Shown here one piece after another: positions 15,512 to 24,161 of a DNA stretch of 45,465 bases. Origin of the DNA: Anaerolineales bacterium (GTDB lineage: Bacteria > Chloroflexota > Anaerolineae > Anaerolineales > DRKV01). Within the stretch, counting starts at the first letter, position 1, and every line of letters begins with the position of its first letter. The DNA lies in assembly GCA_024763355.1 (NCBI GenBank), contig JANTFR010000002.1, forward strand, positions 1 to 45,465. The letters are read 5' to 3'. Under the pieces are notes generated by a model, which searched no databases, was not told where the DNA came from, and saw nothing but the letters and a program-made list of their open reading frames with translations. A program made the position numbers and the translations under genes.

Positions 15512-17023
15512 TCAGGAATTGCGTTCGCGGAGATGGGGGAAGAGTATCACTTCGCGGATGGAGGGGCGGTCGGTGAGAAGCATGGTAAGACGGTCAATGC
15601 CCATCCCGAAGCCGCCATTGGGGGGCATGCCGTAGCGCATGGCACGCAGGTAATCCTCGTCTACGGGATGGCGCTCCTCGTCGTCGGCGGCGTAGGCGCG
15701 CCCCATTTCAAGGAAGCGGGCCTCCTGGTCGAGGGGGTCGTTGAGTTCGGTGAAGGCGTTGCACAGTTCCATGCCGCCCATGAAGCCCTCGAAACGCTCT
15801 ACCGTGGAGGGGTCGCCGGGTTTGCTCTTGGCAAGGGGCGAAATATCACGGGGGTAGTCGTACAAAAAGGTGGGCTGAATCAAGTTGGGTTCCACAAAAT
15901 CACCCAAAAGGGCGTCAATCAATTTACCGCGCGGCGTTCCGGGTTTCGGATTCATTTCGCGGGCACGCATCACCTCCGCAAGGGAGTCCGCATCCGGGTA
16001 ATCCGCAATATCCAGGCCGGCGTATTCGAGGATGGCTTCCCGCAAATTCAGCCGCCGCCAGGGTTTCCCCAGGTCAATTTCGTGCCCCTGATAGGTGAAG
16101 GTGGTTTTGCCGAGGGCTTGTTGAGCGGTGTAACGCAGCATCTCCTCGGTAAAATCCATCACGGCACGGTAATCGGCGTAAGCCATGTAGAATTCCAGTT
16201 GGGTGAACTCCGGGTTGTGCTTGAAAGAGACGCCCTCGTTGCGGAAATCGCGCCCGATTTCGTAAACGCGCTCGAAACCGCCCACCAACAGACGCTTGAG
16301 ATAAAGTTCGAAGGAAATCCGCAGGTAGAGGTCTTGCTTGAGTTGGTTGTGATGGGTGACGAAAGGACGCGCCGCCGCGCCGCCGTAAATGGGCTGGAGG
16401 ATGGGGGTCTCCACCTCCAGAAAGCCGTGTTCATCCAGGAAATCGCGCAGGGCGCGCAAGATTCGGGAGCGGGTGCGGAAGACCTCCCGCACGTCGGGGT
16501 TGACGGCCAAATCGGCGTAACGCTGGCGGTAGCGGGTTTCGGGGTCGGTCAGAGCCGCATGGCGGACAACCTCGCCGTCCACAATTTCATCTTTGGCAGC
16601 CGGCAGGGGGGTGATGGCCTTGGCCGCCATGTTGAAAGTCTCTACCCGCAGGGTGATTTCGCCGGTGCGAGTGCGGAACATCTCGCCTTCGGCCTGGATG
16701 AAATCGCCCAGGTCGAAATCGCGGGTGAGGCGTTTCATGGCCTCCTTACCAATATCGTTGACGCGGAAGAAGAGTTGCAGGCGGCCATCGCCGTCTTCGA
16801 TGTGAGCGAAAGCAATTTTGCCCATCGGGCGCATGGAGCGCAAACGTCCCGCCACGGCAGCGCGCACGGGGTCCCCGTCTTTTTTCTCGGCGGCCTCGTA
16901 AGCGGCAATCGCCTGGGCGCTGGTGTGGGTACGTTCCAGCCGCGGGGGATAGGGTTCAATGCCTTCGGCGCGCAGGCGGCGCAGTTTTTCAAGGCGGTTT
17001 TTTTCGAGAGGCGTGTAATTCAT
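15512..17023 (-). CDS. lysS: lysine--tRNA ligase (class II)
   Basis: 503 aa. OB anticodon-binding domain plus YEIGRDFRNEGVSFKHNPEFT and GMGIDRL motifs. Confidence 0.95.
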   Translation of the reverse strand: MNYTPLEKNRLEKLRRLRAEGIEPYPPRLERTHTSAQAIAAYEAAEKKDGDPVRAAVAGRLRSMRPMGKIAFAHIEDGDGRLQLFFRVNDIGKEAMKRLTRDFDLGDFIQAEGEMFRTRTGEITLRVETFNMAAKAITPLPAAKDEIVDGEVVRHAALTDPETRYRQRYADLAVNPDVREVFRTRSRILRALRDFLDEHGFLEVETPILQPIYGGAAARPFVTHHNQLKQDLYLRISFELYLKRLLVGGFERVYEIGRDFRNEGVSFKHNPEFTQLEFYMAYADYRAVMDFTEEMLRYTAQQALGKTTFTYQGHEIDLGKPWRRLNLREAILEYAGLDIADYPDADSLAEVMRAREMNPKPGTPRGKLIDALLGDFVEPNLIQPTFLYDYPRDISPLAKSKPGDPSTVERFEGFMGGMELCNAFTELNDPLDQEARFLEMGRAYAADDEERHPVDEDYLRAMRYGMPPNGGFGMGIDRLTMLLTDRPSIREVILFPHLRERNS

Positions 17024-17127
17024 AGTAATTTCCGTTGGAAAGAGAATAGACGGCCTGATTATAGCCCAAAAAAAGAGCCCCGCCAGAAGAAATTTGGGCG
17101 GGGCAGGGAAAGCAGCGCAAAGAAATG

Positions 17128-17595
17128 CTAGCGGATTTCCAAAATCTTGACGGTGAATTCGCCCGCCGGAGCCTCCACGGTCACAGATTCTCCGGCCTTG
17201 TGGTTCATCAGGGCGCTGCCCAGAGGCGACTCATAAGAGATGCGCCCTGCGCTGGGGTCGGCCTCCGCCAAACCGACAATCACGTAGGTTTCGGGTTCAA
17301 AGCCATCCTGCTGGATGACCACCGTGCTACCAATCTGGACAACTCCGTTGTGGGAAGGCTCTTTGACGAGCCGAGCGGAGGCCAGGATACGTTCCAATTC
17401 GTCGATGCGACCTTCGACAAAGGCCTGCTCGTTTTTGGCTGCATCGTACTCAGCATCCATGTCAATGCCGCGGTCGCCGCCCTCCAGGGCCTCGCGCAGC
17501 CGCTCCGCCACTTCCTTCCGCCGCACGTTGCGCAGGTATTCCAGTTCTTCCTGCAATTTCTTGTAGCCCTCGGGGGTCAAATATGCAACTGCCAT
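17128..17595 (-). CDS. greA: transcription elongation factor GreA
   Basis: Trimmed to ATG 17595 (MAVAYLTPEGYKKLQEELEYL). SD aggagga upstream. C-terminal FKBP-like domain ending VTVEAPAGEFTVKILEI. Confidence 0.92.
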   Translation of the reverse strand: MAVAYLTPEGYKKLQEELEYLRNVRRKEVAERLREALEGGDRGIDMDAEYDAAKNEQAFVEGRIDELERILASARLVKEPSHNGVVQIGSTVVIQQDGFEPETYVIVGLAEADPSAGRISYESPLGSALMNHKAGESVTVEAPAGEFTVKILEIR

Positions 17596-17672
17596 AAGGG
17601 GTCTCCTCCTGAGATAAAAAAAGAACACGGCATTTCAGGCGCAAGAGAGGACACCTTTTCAGCCGCGGCGGG

Positions 17673-17701
17673 ATTTTAGCACAAATTTTCGGGGGTGACA
17701 A
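17673..17701 (-). promoter_or_regulatory. sigma-70-type promoter for greA
   Basis: The minus strand reads TTGTCA, a 17-nt spacer, then TAAAAT, about 75 nt upstream of the greA ATG. Confidence 0.6.
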
Positions 17702-17755
17702 GGAAAGGGGGGATTACAACTTCGTAAGAATTTCGGGTTGTCCCCTTGAATCCAC

Positions 17756-17806
17756 AAGGGCGGTCCCGCCGCTAAAGCGCAGCAGACCGCCCTTGGAAGT
17801 GCTTCC
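17756..17806 (-). other. long stem-loop(s) downstream of slyD, without a U-tract
   Basis: AAGGGCGGTC...GACCGCCCTT (10-bp stem) next to GGAAG-TG-CTTCC. The role is unclear. Confidence 0.35.
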
Positions 17807-17828
17807 GTTACAGAAAAACTGCCGTCCC

Positions 17829-18341
17829 TTAGTGGGCGTGGCCTCCGGAATGGACGTGCCCATGCGCCAGTTCTTCATCGGTGGCGTTCCGCAAGCCCAC
17901 AATCTTCACGTTGAAGTGCAGGTCTTTCCCGGCCAAAGGATGGTTGAAATCCAGTTTGACCGTCTCGGCGCCGACCTCGCGGATTTGCGCCAGCATGACG
18001 TTGCCTTCGTTGTCCTGCACTTGCAGGGTCACACCGGGTTCCAGGGTGATGGAGGGGGGAAATTCCGAGCGAGGCACGTCAATGACGGCGGCGGGGTCAA
18101 TTTCGCCGTAGCCATCGGCGGCGGAGACCACCACGTCCTTGCTCTCGCCCACAGCCATATCGTGAAGTTCCTTCTCCAGGCCGGGGATGATGTTCCCGTG
18201 TCCCTGCAAAAATTCGATAGGTTCGCCGCCCTGCGAAGAATCCACGACTTCGTCGTCCACGCGCAGGGTGTAATCCATGCTGACCACGACGTCGTCAGCG
18301 ATTTTTTCGGGTTGTTTTTTCTCGTCAGTCACAACAAACAC
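17829..18341 (-). CDS. slyD: FKBP-type peptidyl-prolyl isomerase SlyD with His-rich tail
   Basis: VVSMDYTLRVDDEVVDSS...EFLQGHGNIIPGLEKEL..., an IF-insert region and the C-terminal HGHVHSGGHAH. Confidence 0.88.
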   Translation of the reverse strand: MFVVTDEKKQPEKIADDVVVSMDYTLRVDDEVVDSSQGGEPIEFLQGHGNIIPGLEKELHDMAVGESKDVVVSAADGYGEIDPAAVIDVPRSEFPPSITLEPGVTLQVQDNEGNVMLAQIREVGAETVKLDFNHPLAGKDLHFNVKIVGLRNATDEELAHGHVHSGGHAH

Positions 18342-18436
18342 TCCATTCTACAAAAGTCCGGCTCTGCCGGGATGAAAGCGGCGTTTCCATACGCCATAGG
18401 TGCGCTCATTGTAACACACCAGGAAAAGACCTCAAA

Positions 18437-18445
18437 TGGTACAAT
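18437..18445 (+). promoter_or_regulatory. extended -10 element TGGTACAAT upstream of the GNAT gene
   Basis: TGnTACAAT lies 29 nt before ATG 18474. The identical 9-mer is upstream of the UDG gene. Confidence 0.45.
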
Positions 18446-18473
18446 ATCTTCAACGTTTTTCCCAGGAGTGTCT

Positions 18474-19460
18474 ATGGCGACCCTGGTTTCCCCCTTCTAT
18501 CCTACTTACGCCAAAAACCTGCGCCCATTTCGTCCTGCCAGCGATTTGCGTCCCGTGGCAGAACTCATCGAAACCTGCTTTGCCGATACGTTGGATGCAG
18601 ACGGCAGACGGTATGTGCGGCAACTACGCTACATCGCCGACAACCCCTCTCTCTTACGCTGGAGAGGGGCAAGCGGGCAACGCGGGCCGGTTCCCGAGGC
18701 CGGTTTCGTGTGGGAAGAAGACGGCAAACTGGTGGGAAACGCCAGCCTCGTGCCTTTTCGTGCAGGGAAAACGCGCCGTTATCTGATAGCCAACGTGGCG
18801 GTGCTCCCCGCTTACCGGCGGCGCGGTATCGGAAAAGCGCTCACCCAGGCCTGCATCCACTACGCCCTGGAACGCGGCAACGTTTCTCCCTGGCTGCACG
18901 TGCGCGCCGAAAACGAGGGAGCCATTCGGCTGTACGAACAGGTAGGCTTTGTGGAGCAGGCGCGCCGCGATACGTGGCACAGCGAGAGCAGCCCGCAAGA
19001 AATCACCCTGCTGGAAGGCATGGAACTCGCCTCCCGCAAGCGGGGGGATTGGCCCCCGCAACGGCAGTGGTTCAACACCGCGTATCCCCCCATCATTCAA
19101 TGGCAACTTCCCCTCAAAATCGCCTGGCTCAGGCCCGGTCTCGGAGGGTGGATTACCCGCCTGTGGCATGGCGTCTTCCTGCGCCAGTGGAGTTTGCATT
19201 ACCGGGGACAACTGATTGGGGTGCTTACCTGGCAATCGGGAGCGGGGCGTAAAACGGTGCTGTGGCTGAGTTTGCATCCCGCCTACGAAGCCATGAGCAT
19301 CCCGGTGCTGCTGCGCTTTGCCCGCCGGCGCATTCGCGCTTCCGCGCTTTTGGCGCTGGATTACCCTGCCGGGAGGAGCGCGGAAACCATCGCCCGCAGC
19401 GGCTTCAAACTGCACCAGACCCTCGTCTGGATGCGCTGGATGCCGAGGCTGGAGCAATGA
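18474..19460 (+). CDS. GNAT family N-acetyltransferase (two-domain)
   Basis: Trimmed to ATG 18474. Acetyl-CoA motif VAVLPAYRRRGIGKALTQACIHYA...IRLYEQVGF. The upstream part of the track ORF is antisense to slyD. Confidence 0.7.
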   Translation: MATLVSPFYPTYAKNLRPFRPASDLRPVAELIETCFADTLDADGRRYVRQLRYIADNPSLLRWRGASGQRGPVPEAGFVWEEDGKLVGNASLVPFRAGKTRRYLIANVAVLPAYRRRGIGKALTQACIHYALERGNVSPWLHVRAENEGAIRLYEQVGFVEQARRDTWHSESSPQEITLLEGMELASRKRGDWPPQRQWFNTAYPPIIQWQLPLKIAWLRPGLGGWITRLWHGVFLRQWSLHYRGQLIGVLTWQSGAGRKTVLWLSLHPAYEAMSIPVLLRFARRRIRASALLALDYPAGRSAETIARSGFKLHQTLVWMRWMPRLEQ

Positions 19461-19480
19461 TTTTGCAAGGAAAGCCGCGG

Positions 19481-19509
19481 TTGACGCGAGACAAAAAAAC
19501 GCTTATACT
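19481..19509 (+). promoter_or_regulatory. near-consensus sigma-70 promoter (TTGACG-17 nt-TATACT)
   Basis: GGTTGACGCGAGACAAAAAAACGCTTATACTCAAACC, 21 nt after the GNAT stop. Confidence 0.6.
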
Positions 19510-19515
19510 CAAACC

Positions 19516-19610
19516 ATCAATGGAGGCGACCCTGCTTTGAGCAAGTTTTCTGCAAACGTTCCCCCTACCAATCCCGTTTTTTAAGGCACGCCTGCGCGCG
19601 TGCCTTTTTT
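19516..19610 (+). ncRNA. candidate roughly 95-nt small RNA or terminator-controlled leader of the SWIM gene
   Basis: Bounded by the promoter at 19481-19509 and the terminator at 19583-19610. No convincing ORF (only MEATLL). Family not recognised. Confidence 0.3.
19583..19610 (+). terminator. intrinsic terminator (9-bp stem plus T6)
   Basis: AAGGCACGC-CTGCGC-GCGTGCCTT followed by TTTTGATTTT. Confidence 0.75.
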
Positions 19611-19641
19611 GATTTTCGCCTTAGAAAGGAGCCAAAGCGTT

Positions 19642-19881
19642 ATGGACTATGGCATGATTGGAAAACTCGAAAAAGCCAAGCGGTACGCGGAAGAGCGCGA
19701 CCGGATTACCTTCAACAGTTTGAACGTATCCTTTCAGGGAGCCAACAACGTGCATACGGTCACACTGCGGGACGGGAAATGGCACTGCACCTGCGACTTC
19801 TTCCAGACACGCGGTCGCTGCAGCCACACTATGGCGCTGGAAATTATCCTGAAGGACATGCTGCCGGCGGGTTTGGAATAA
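19642..19881 (+). CDS. small stand-alone SWIM zinc-finger protein
   Basis: CxCx9CxH signature WHCTCDFFQTRGRCSH. SD aaggag lies 10 nt before ATG 19642. Followed by an intrinsic terminator. Confidence 0.6.
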   Translation: MDYGMIGKLEKAKRYAEERDRITFNSLNVSFQGANNVHTVTLRDGKWHCTCDFFQTRGRCSHTMALEIILKDMLPAGLE

Positions 19882-19906
19882 CCTCCAGGGTTCCCCGAAA
19901 GACGAA

Positions 19907-19936
19907 GCGGATGGACTCGGTTCCATCCGCTTTTTG
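19907..19936 (+). terminator. intrinsic terminator after the SWIM gene
   Basis: GCGGATGGA-CTCGGT-TCCATCCGC followed by TTTTTGTTT. Confidence 0.75.
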
Positions 19937-19949
19937 TTTGGGAGGCGTT

Positions 19950-19984
19950 AAAAACTTACTGGACGGCTATTGGCCGTCCAGTAA
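19950..19984 (-). terminator. intrinsic terminator after tRNA-Ser
   Basis: The minus strand reads TTACTGGACGGC-CAATA-GCCGTCCAGTAA followed by GTTTTTAAC. 12-bp stem. Confidence 0.7.
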
Positions 19985-19993
19985 CCTCATCTG

Positions 19994-20081
19994 CGGAGAG
20001 GGTGGGATTCGAACCCACGGTGGCCCAAAGGACCACAGCGGTTTTCGAGACCGCCCCGTTCGTCCACTCCGGCACCTCTCC
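19994..20081 (-). tRNA. tRNA-Ser (anticodon CGA), long variable arm, CCA not encoded
   Basis: The reverse complement folds as acceptor GGAGAGG/CCTCTCC, anticodon stem-loop GCGGT-CTCGAAA-ACCGC, variable arm GTGGTCCTTTGGGCCAC and T-arm GTGGGTTCGAATCCCAC. Confidence 0.9.
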
Positions 20082-20109
20082 AAGCGGGGCGATTATAGCA
20101 GAAACCGGG

Positions 20110-21504
20110 TCAAATTTCCACGGTGGAATACAAACCGGGGTAGAAAACCGGCCCCAGGTGCTCCTCCCTGAGTCCATCCTGCAAAGCCTCCGCCGAGCGA
20201 CGCTCTCCATGCACCAGAAAGATGGTTTTCAGGGTTTTGCGGCTGGCCGCGGCGTATTCCAGCAGCATCTTGCGGCCCGCATGGGCGGAGAAACCGCCTA
20301 TCGTAGCCACTTCCGCCCGCCGGGTATAAACCTCTCCAAAGATTTTCACGTGCCGTTCGCGCTCCGCCAGCCGCCGCCCCAGGGTGTAGGGCGCCTGCCA
20401 GGAGACAATCACGATAGTGTTGCGTTCGTCTTCGATATTGTTCTTCAGATGGTGCAGGATGCGCCCGGTTTCGGCCATCCCCGAAGCGGAGAGTATCACC
20501 ATCGGGTCTTTGCGCTCGTTGAGGGCTTTGGATTCTTCCACCGAGCGGATGTAGTGCAGGGAGGGGAACTGCAGCGGGGAGGAATGGGTATTTGCCATGA
20601 AGGCTTTGGCTTCCTCGTCGAAGTATTCCGGGTGCGCCCGCACCACGTCGGTAACGTTGACCGCCAGAGGGCTGTCCACGAAGACGGGGATGCGAGGGAT
20701 GTCGCCGCGCTCCATCATCTCATGCAGGTAATACACCAAATCCTGGGTGCGCCCCAGCGAAAACGATGGGATGATGACCTTGCCGTTGCGCTCCACGGTG
20801 CGTTTGACCACCTCGCAGAGTTCCTTCGCCGCCAGGTCGGGGTCGCGGTGCTCCTTGTGTCCGTAGGTGCTCTCCATGATGAGATAATCCGTCTCGGAGG
20901 GCAAAACGGGGTCGGGCACAATCGGCAGATTGGGACGTCCGATATCGCCGGAGAACCACAGCCGCAATTTGCGGCCCCGCTCTTCGATATCCAGAACGAT
21001 GGCCGCCGAACCGAAGATGTGCCCCGCGGGGACGAACTGTGCCCGCACGCCGGGAGCGACTTCGATGGACTGCCCAAACTCCTGCTTACGGAAGAAAGGC
21101 ATCACCGCAGTGGCATCCTGGATGGTGTAAAGCGGCTCGATGGGAAACTCCCCGTGCCGTTGACGGATTTTGTTCACAAAATGAACGTCCGCTTCCTGAA
21201 TATGCCCCGCGTCCCGCAGCATGACATCGGCCAGCAGGGTGGTGATGTGCGTGGCGTAGATGGGGCCGCGGTAGCCTTGCTTGACGAGATTCGGCAAGTT
21301 GCCGATGTGGTCAATGTGGGCGTGGGAGACCAGGACGGCGTTTATTTCGTTGATGTCGAAAGGGAAATTGCGGTTGCGGGTGTAGGCTTCCTTGCGGCGT
21401 CCCTGATAGAGGCCGCAATCGAGCAAAATTTTGCTGCCGTTGACGCTTATCAGGTGCTGGGAGCCTGTCACCGTTTGGGCTGCCCCATCAAAGGTAATTT
21501 TCAT
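20110..21504 (-). CDS. MBL-fold metallo-hydrolase, beta-CASP RNA-metabolising family
   Basis: LLDCGLYQG..., HxHxDH motif VSHAHIDHIGNLP, then the beta-CASP and RNA-specificity region. 464 aa. Confidence 0.88.
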   Translation of the reverse strand: MKITFDGAAQTVTGSQHLISVNGSKILLDCGLYQGRRKEAYTRNRNFPFDINEINAVLVSHAHIDHIGNLPNLVKQGYRGPIYATHITTLLADVMLRDAGHIQEADVHFVNKIRQRHGEFPIEPLYTIQDATAVMPFFRKQEFGQSIEVAPGVRAQFVPAGHIFGSAAIVLDIEERGRKLRLWFSGDIGRPNLPIVPDPVLPSETDYLIMESTYGHKEHRDPDLAAKELCEVVKRTVERNGKVIIPSFSLGRTQDLVYYLHEMMERGDIPRIPVFVDSPLAVNVTDVVRAHPEYFDEEAKAFMANTHSSPLQFPSLHYIRSVEESKALNERKDPMVILSASGMAETGRILHHLKNNIEDERNTIVIVSWQAPYTLGRRLAERERHVKIFGEVYTRRAEVATIGGFSAHAGRKMLLEYAAASRKTLKTIFLVHGERRSAEALQDGLREEHLGPVFYPGLYSTVEI

Positions 21505-21547
21505 CGTAGCCTCGCTTTCAGTGGTAGCGTGCGCGCCGAGGGGAGGG

Positions 21548-22696
21548 TTAAGGCGCGGAACGAACTGCTTCTTTCAACGCCCGAAGGATTTCTTCTCCGT
21601 AGTGCTGATAGCGCCAGGGAATATCGGCCATCAGGGGGCGCAGGGCGTCAAGCGTTTGCGGGTTTTCCGCGGCGATGGTCTCCAGGTGGGTGCGCGGTAG
21701 GACAATGTCGGATTCTACGCCCAACTGCCGGGCGGTATGCTTGCGCCAGTCGCGCAAGGCCTCCAGACGTTCCAGATGCGCGGGGGAGGGATGTTGGTGC
21801 CGCGGGGGATAGAGTTCTCCGGCGCGCAGTCCCTTTTGGACGGCGCGCAATAGTCCCTTGCCGTATCTATCCACCAGACGGCGGCTTATGCCCGCCTCGC
21901 TGCTCAGCGCATGCAAGGAAGCGGGAGCCGCCTCGGCAATCCGCATCAATTCCCGGTCTCCGATGACCTTGAAGCGCGGACGGTTCTGGCGGCGGGCGAT
22001 TCGCTCCCGAAATTCGCACAAAGACTGCAAAATGGCGGCCTGGCGGGGAGTCAGGTGGCGGCTCTTTTTAACGGTCTGCCAGCAGGGAAGCGGTTCCGGC
22101 GGAGCGTCGAGGGAGAGGCGTGCGAAACGCGCAAAATCTTCTTCGGCCAGAGCACACAAACCGGCGTCTTCCAGCGCCTTCCCCAGCCGCTGCCGCAAGG
22201 GGATGAGGTAATGGGTATCCAGTTGGGCGTAAAGCAGTTGCTCCGGGGGGAGAGGCCGTCTGGCCCAGTTGGCGCGTTGGTAACGCTTGTCCGGCTGCAC
22301 GTCGAAGTGTCGTTCCAGCAAAGCGCCCAGCCCGACTTTGGCATACCCCAGGAGGCGCGCCGCCCACATGGTGTCGAAGAGATTCTCGAAGGTGAAGGCA
22401 AAATCCCGCCGCAAGCAGAGCAGGTCGTATTCGGCGGCGTGGAAAATTTTTTCAATCTCAGGAGCAGCAAAAATGGGGGTCAGGAGGGTCAAATCGGGCA
22501 GCGCCAGGGGGTCGAGGAGATAATCTTTCTCCCGCGTGGAAAACTGAATCAGGCAGACTTGCTCTTGATAGGCATGCAAACTGTTGGATTCGGTATCCAC
22601 CGCAATGGTGTCTTGTTGTTGGAGGTCTTCGACCAGAGCGCGCAGTCCGGCAGTTGTATCCACCCAGACAGGGGGCGGCAAGTGAATAGGGTTCAT
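21548..22696 (-). CDS. rnd: ribonuclease D (DEDD 3'-5' exonuclease plus HRDC)
   Basis: Trimmed to ATG 22696 (MNPIHLPPPVWVD...). Exo motifs AVDTESNSLHAY, FHAAEYDL, YAQLDTHYL. HRDC-like C-terminus. ATGA overlap with the rimI stop. Confidence 0.85.
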   Translation of the reverse strand: MNPIHLPPPVWVDTTAGLRALVEDLQQQDTIAVDTESNSLHAYQEQVCLIQFSTREKDYLLDPLALPDLTLLTPIFAAPEIEKIFHAAEYDLLCLRRDFAFTFENLFDTMWAARLLGYAKVGLGALLERHFDVQPDKRYQRANWARRPLPPEQLLYAQLDTHYLIPLRQRLGKALEDAGLCALAEEDFARFARLSLDAPPEPLPCWQTVKKSRHLTPRQAAILQSLCEFRERIARRQNRPRFKVIGDRELMRIAEAAPASLHALSSEAGISRRLVDRYGKGLLRAVQKGLRAGELYPPRHQHPSPAHLERLEALRDWRKHTARQLGVESDIVLPRTHLETIAAENPQTLDALRPLMADIPWRYQHYGEEILRALKEAVRSAP

Positions 22697-23175
22697 ATTG
22701 ACGGGGCTTTCAGTGTTTTCTCCATGATGAGGGCGTCTTCTCCCCCTCGATAGTACGCCCGCCAGCGTCCTGCAGGGGCGTATCCGAATTGACGATAGAG
22801 AGCCTGCGCCCCCCGGTTGGAGAGGCGCACGCAGAGTTTGACGCGGCTGACGGTCAATTGCGCTTCGCAAGTTTCCAGCAGCGCCGCGCCGATGCCGCGG
22901 CGGCGGTATTCCGGCAAAACGCCGATGGTGGCAATCCAGGCTTCGTCTTTCCGGGGACGCACATCGGCGGCCACAAAGCCCACCATGCGCCCGTCCACCA
23001 CTGCTTTCAGGCGGATGACTTCGGGCAGGGTAAGCACGCCGATGATGTCCCAGATAGGCCAGGCATCCTGCGGAAAGCAGATTTTCTCCAGATGCCGCAA
23101 GGCGGCCACGTCGCGCCAGGCAGCCGGCACGATGCGCGCCGGACTGCCTGACTTCACAAGCGGTTCAACATCCAT
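22693..23175 (-). CDS. rimI: ribosomal-protein-alanine N-acetyltransferase-like GNAT
   Basis: 160 aa. IATIGVLPEYRRRGIGAALL...ALYRQFGY. Translationally coupled to rnd. Confidence 0.75.
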   Translation of the reverse strand: MDVEPLVKSGSPARIVPAAWRDVAALRHLEKICFPQDAWPIWDIIGVLTLPEVIRLKAVVDGRMVGFVAADVRPRKDEAWIATIGVLPEYRRRGIGAALLETCEAQLTVSRVKLCVRLSNRGAQALYRQFGYAPAGRWRAYYRGGEDALIMEKTLKAPSI

Positions 23176-23182
23176 GCGGAGG

Positions 23183-24103
23183 TTACGCTTCGTCCCCGGA
23201 AGTGTCTTTCACGCTCCCCCGGACGAAATTCTGCAACATGCTGGTGAATTCCATCGGGAAGATGTACTTGGTGGAGGGGGTGCTGCCCAATTCCTTGAGA
23301 GTCTCAAAGTATTGGAGGGTCATCGTCTTCTGGTCAATCGTGTTGGCGACCGCGAAGATGCGCTTGAGAGCCTCGGCGTAGCCGTCGGCGCGCAGCACCT
23401 GGGCCTGGCGGGCGCCCTCGGCCTGCAAGATGGCGGATTGTTTTTCGCCTTCCGCCTTGAGGATGGCCGATTGCTTCTGCCCTTCGGCGACGTTGATAGC
23501 GGCTTCTTTCTGGCCGGTCGATTCGGTCACCAGGGCGCGGCGTTCGCGCTCGGCGGACATCTGACGGTTCATGGCCTCCTGAATTTCACGCGGCGGGATG
23601 ATTTCGCGGATTTCCACGTTGGTGACCTTGACGCCCCAGCGTTCGGTAACCTCATCCAGGCGGGTACGGAGCATGTTGTTGATGTGCTCGCGCTCGGCCA
23701 GTACGTCATCCAACTGGATACCGCCGATGACGGCGCGCAGAGTGGTGGTCGCCATCCCTTGCGCGGCTGCCTCGAAGTTGCCCACCTGCAAGACGCTTTC
23801 CACCGGGTCGAGAATTTTGTAGTACCAGATGAAATCAATCGAGATGCCGGCGTTATCTTTGGTGATAGCCGTCTGGTGGGGGATTTCACGCACTTGTTCG
23901 CGCAAATCCACCGATACGGCCCGGTCAATAAAGGGAATCAGCAGCACTACGCCCGGCCCTTTAGAACCGATGCAGTTCCCCAGGCGAAAGACGACCAGCC
24001 GCTCGTATTCCCGCACGATACGGATTGCGCTTGCCACCATCGCCAGGGCAATGAGGATAAAGGTACCGACCAGACATATCAAAGCCGTACTTGCACCATC
24101 CAT
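23183..24103 (-). CDS. SPFH/band-7 (stomatin-like) membrane protein
   Basis: Trimmed to ATG 24103 with SD aaggagg. N-terminal TM, then IVREYERLVVFRLG...VDLREQ...TKDNAGISIDF...RWGVKVTNVEIREI and a coiled-coil tail. Confidence 0.9.
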   Translation of the reverse strand: MDGASTALICLVGTFILIALAMVASAIRIVREYERLVVFRLGNCIGSKGPGVVLLIPFIDRAVSVDLREQVREIPHQTAITKDNAGISIDFIWYYKILDPVESVLQVGNFEAAAQGMATTTLRAVIGGIQLDDVLAEREHINNMLRTRLDEVTERWGVKVTNVEIREIIPPREIQEAMNRQMSAERERRALVTESTGQKEAAINVAEGQKQSAILKAEGEKQSAILQAEGARQAQVLRADGYAEALKRIFAVANTIDQKTMTLQYFETLKELGSTPSTKYIFPMEFTSMLQNFVRGSVKDTSGDEA

Positions 24104-24161
24104 GACACGACCTCCTTGTTTGTTAAAACACAACAGTGGGACAAAATACCCGGCATCACCT

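Noticed and set aside
19461-19640. Candidate sRNA region considered as SRP (4.5S) RNA, 6S RNA or a known riboswitch
   Set aside because: The conserved SRP domain IV sequence (GGAAGCAGCC-type) is absent. The unit is too short for 6S RNA. I could not match any riboswitch core from memory, so it is left as an unclassified candidate.
19994-20081. Long-variable-arm tRNA considered as tRNA-Sec (relevant to the candidate selenoprotein)
   Set aside because: The anticodon loop reads CU-CGA-AA, so the anticodon is CGA (Ser), not UCA. The acceptor stem has the ordinary 7 bp.
20002-21966. 654-aa plus-strand ORF, and the similar 561-aa ORF at 24079..25764 (minus)
   Set aside because: Both are antisense to strongly supported genes (beta-CASP RNase/rnd, and NfeD/C-N hydrolase). 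Both are compositionally biased and lack motifs.
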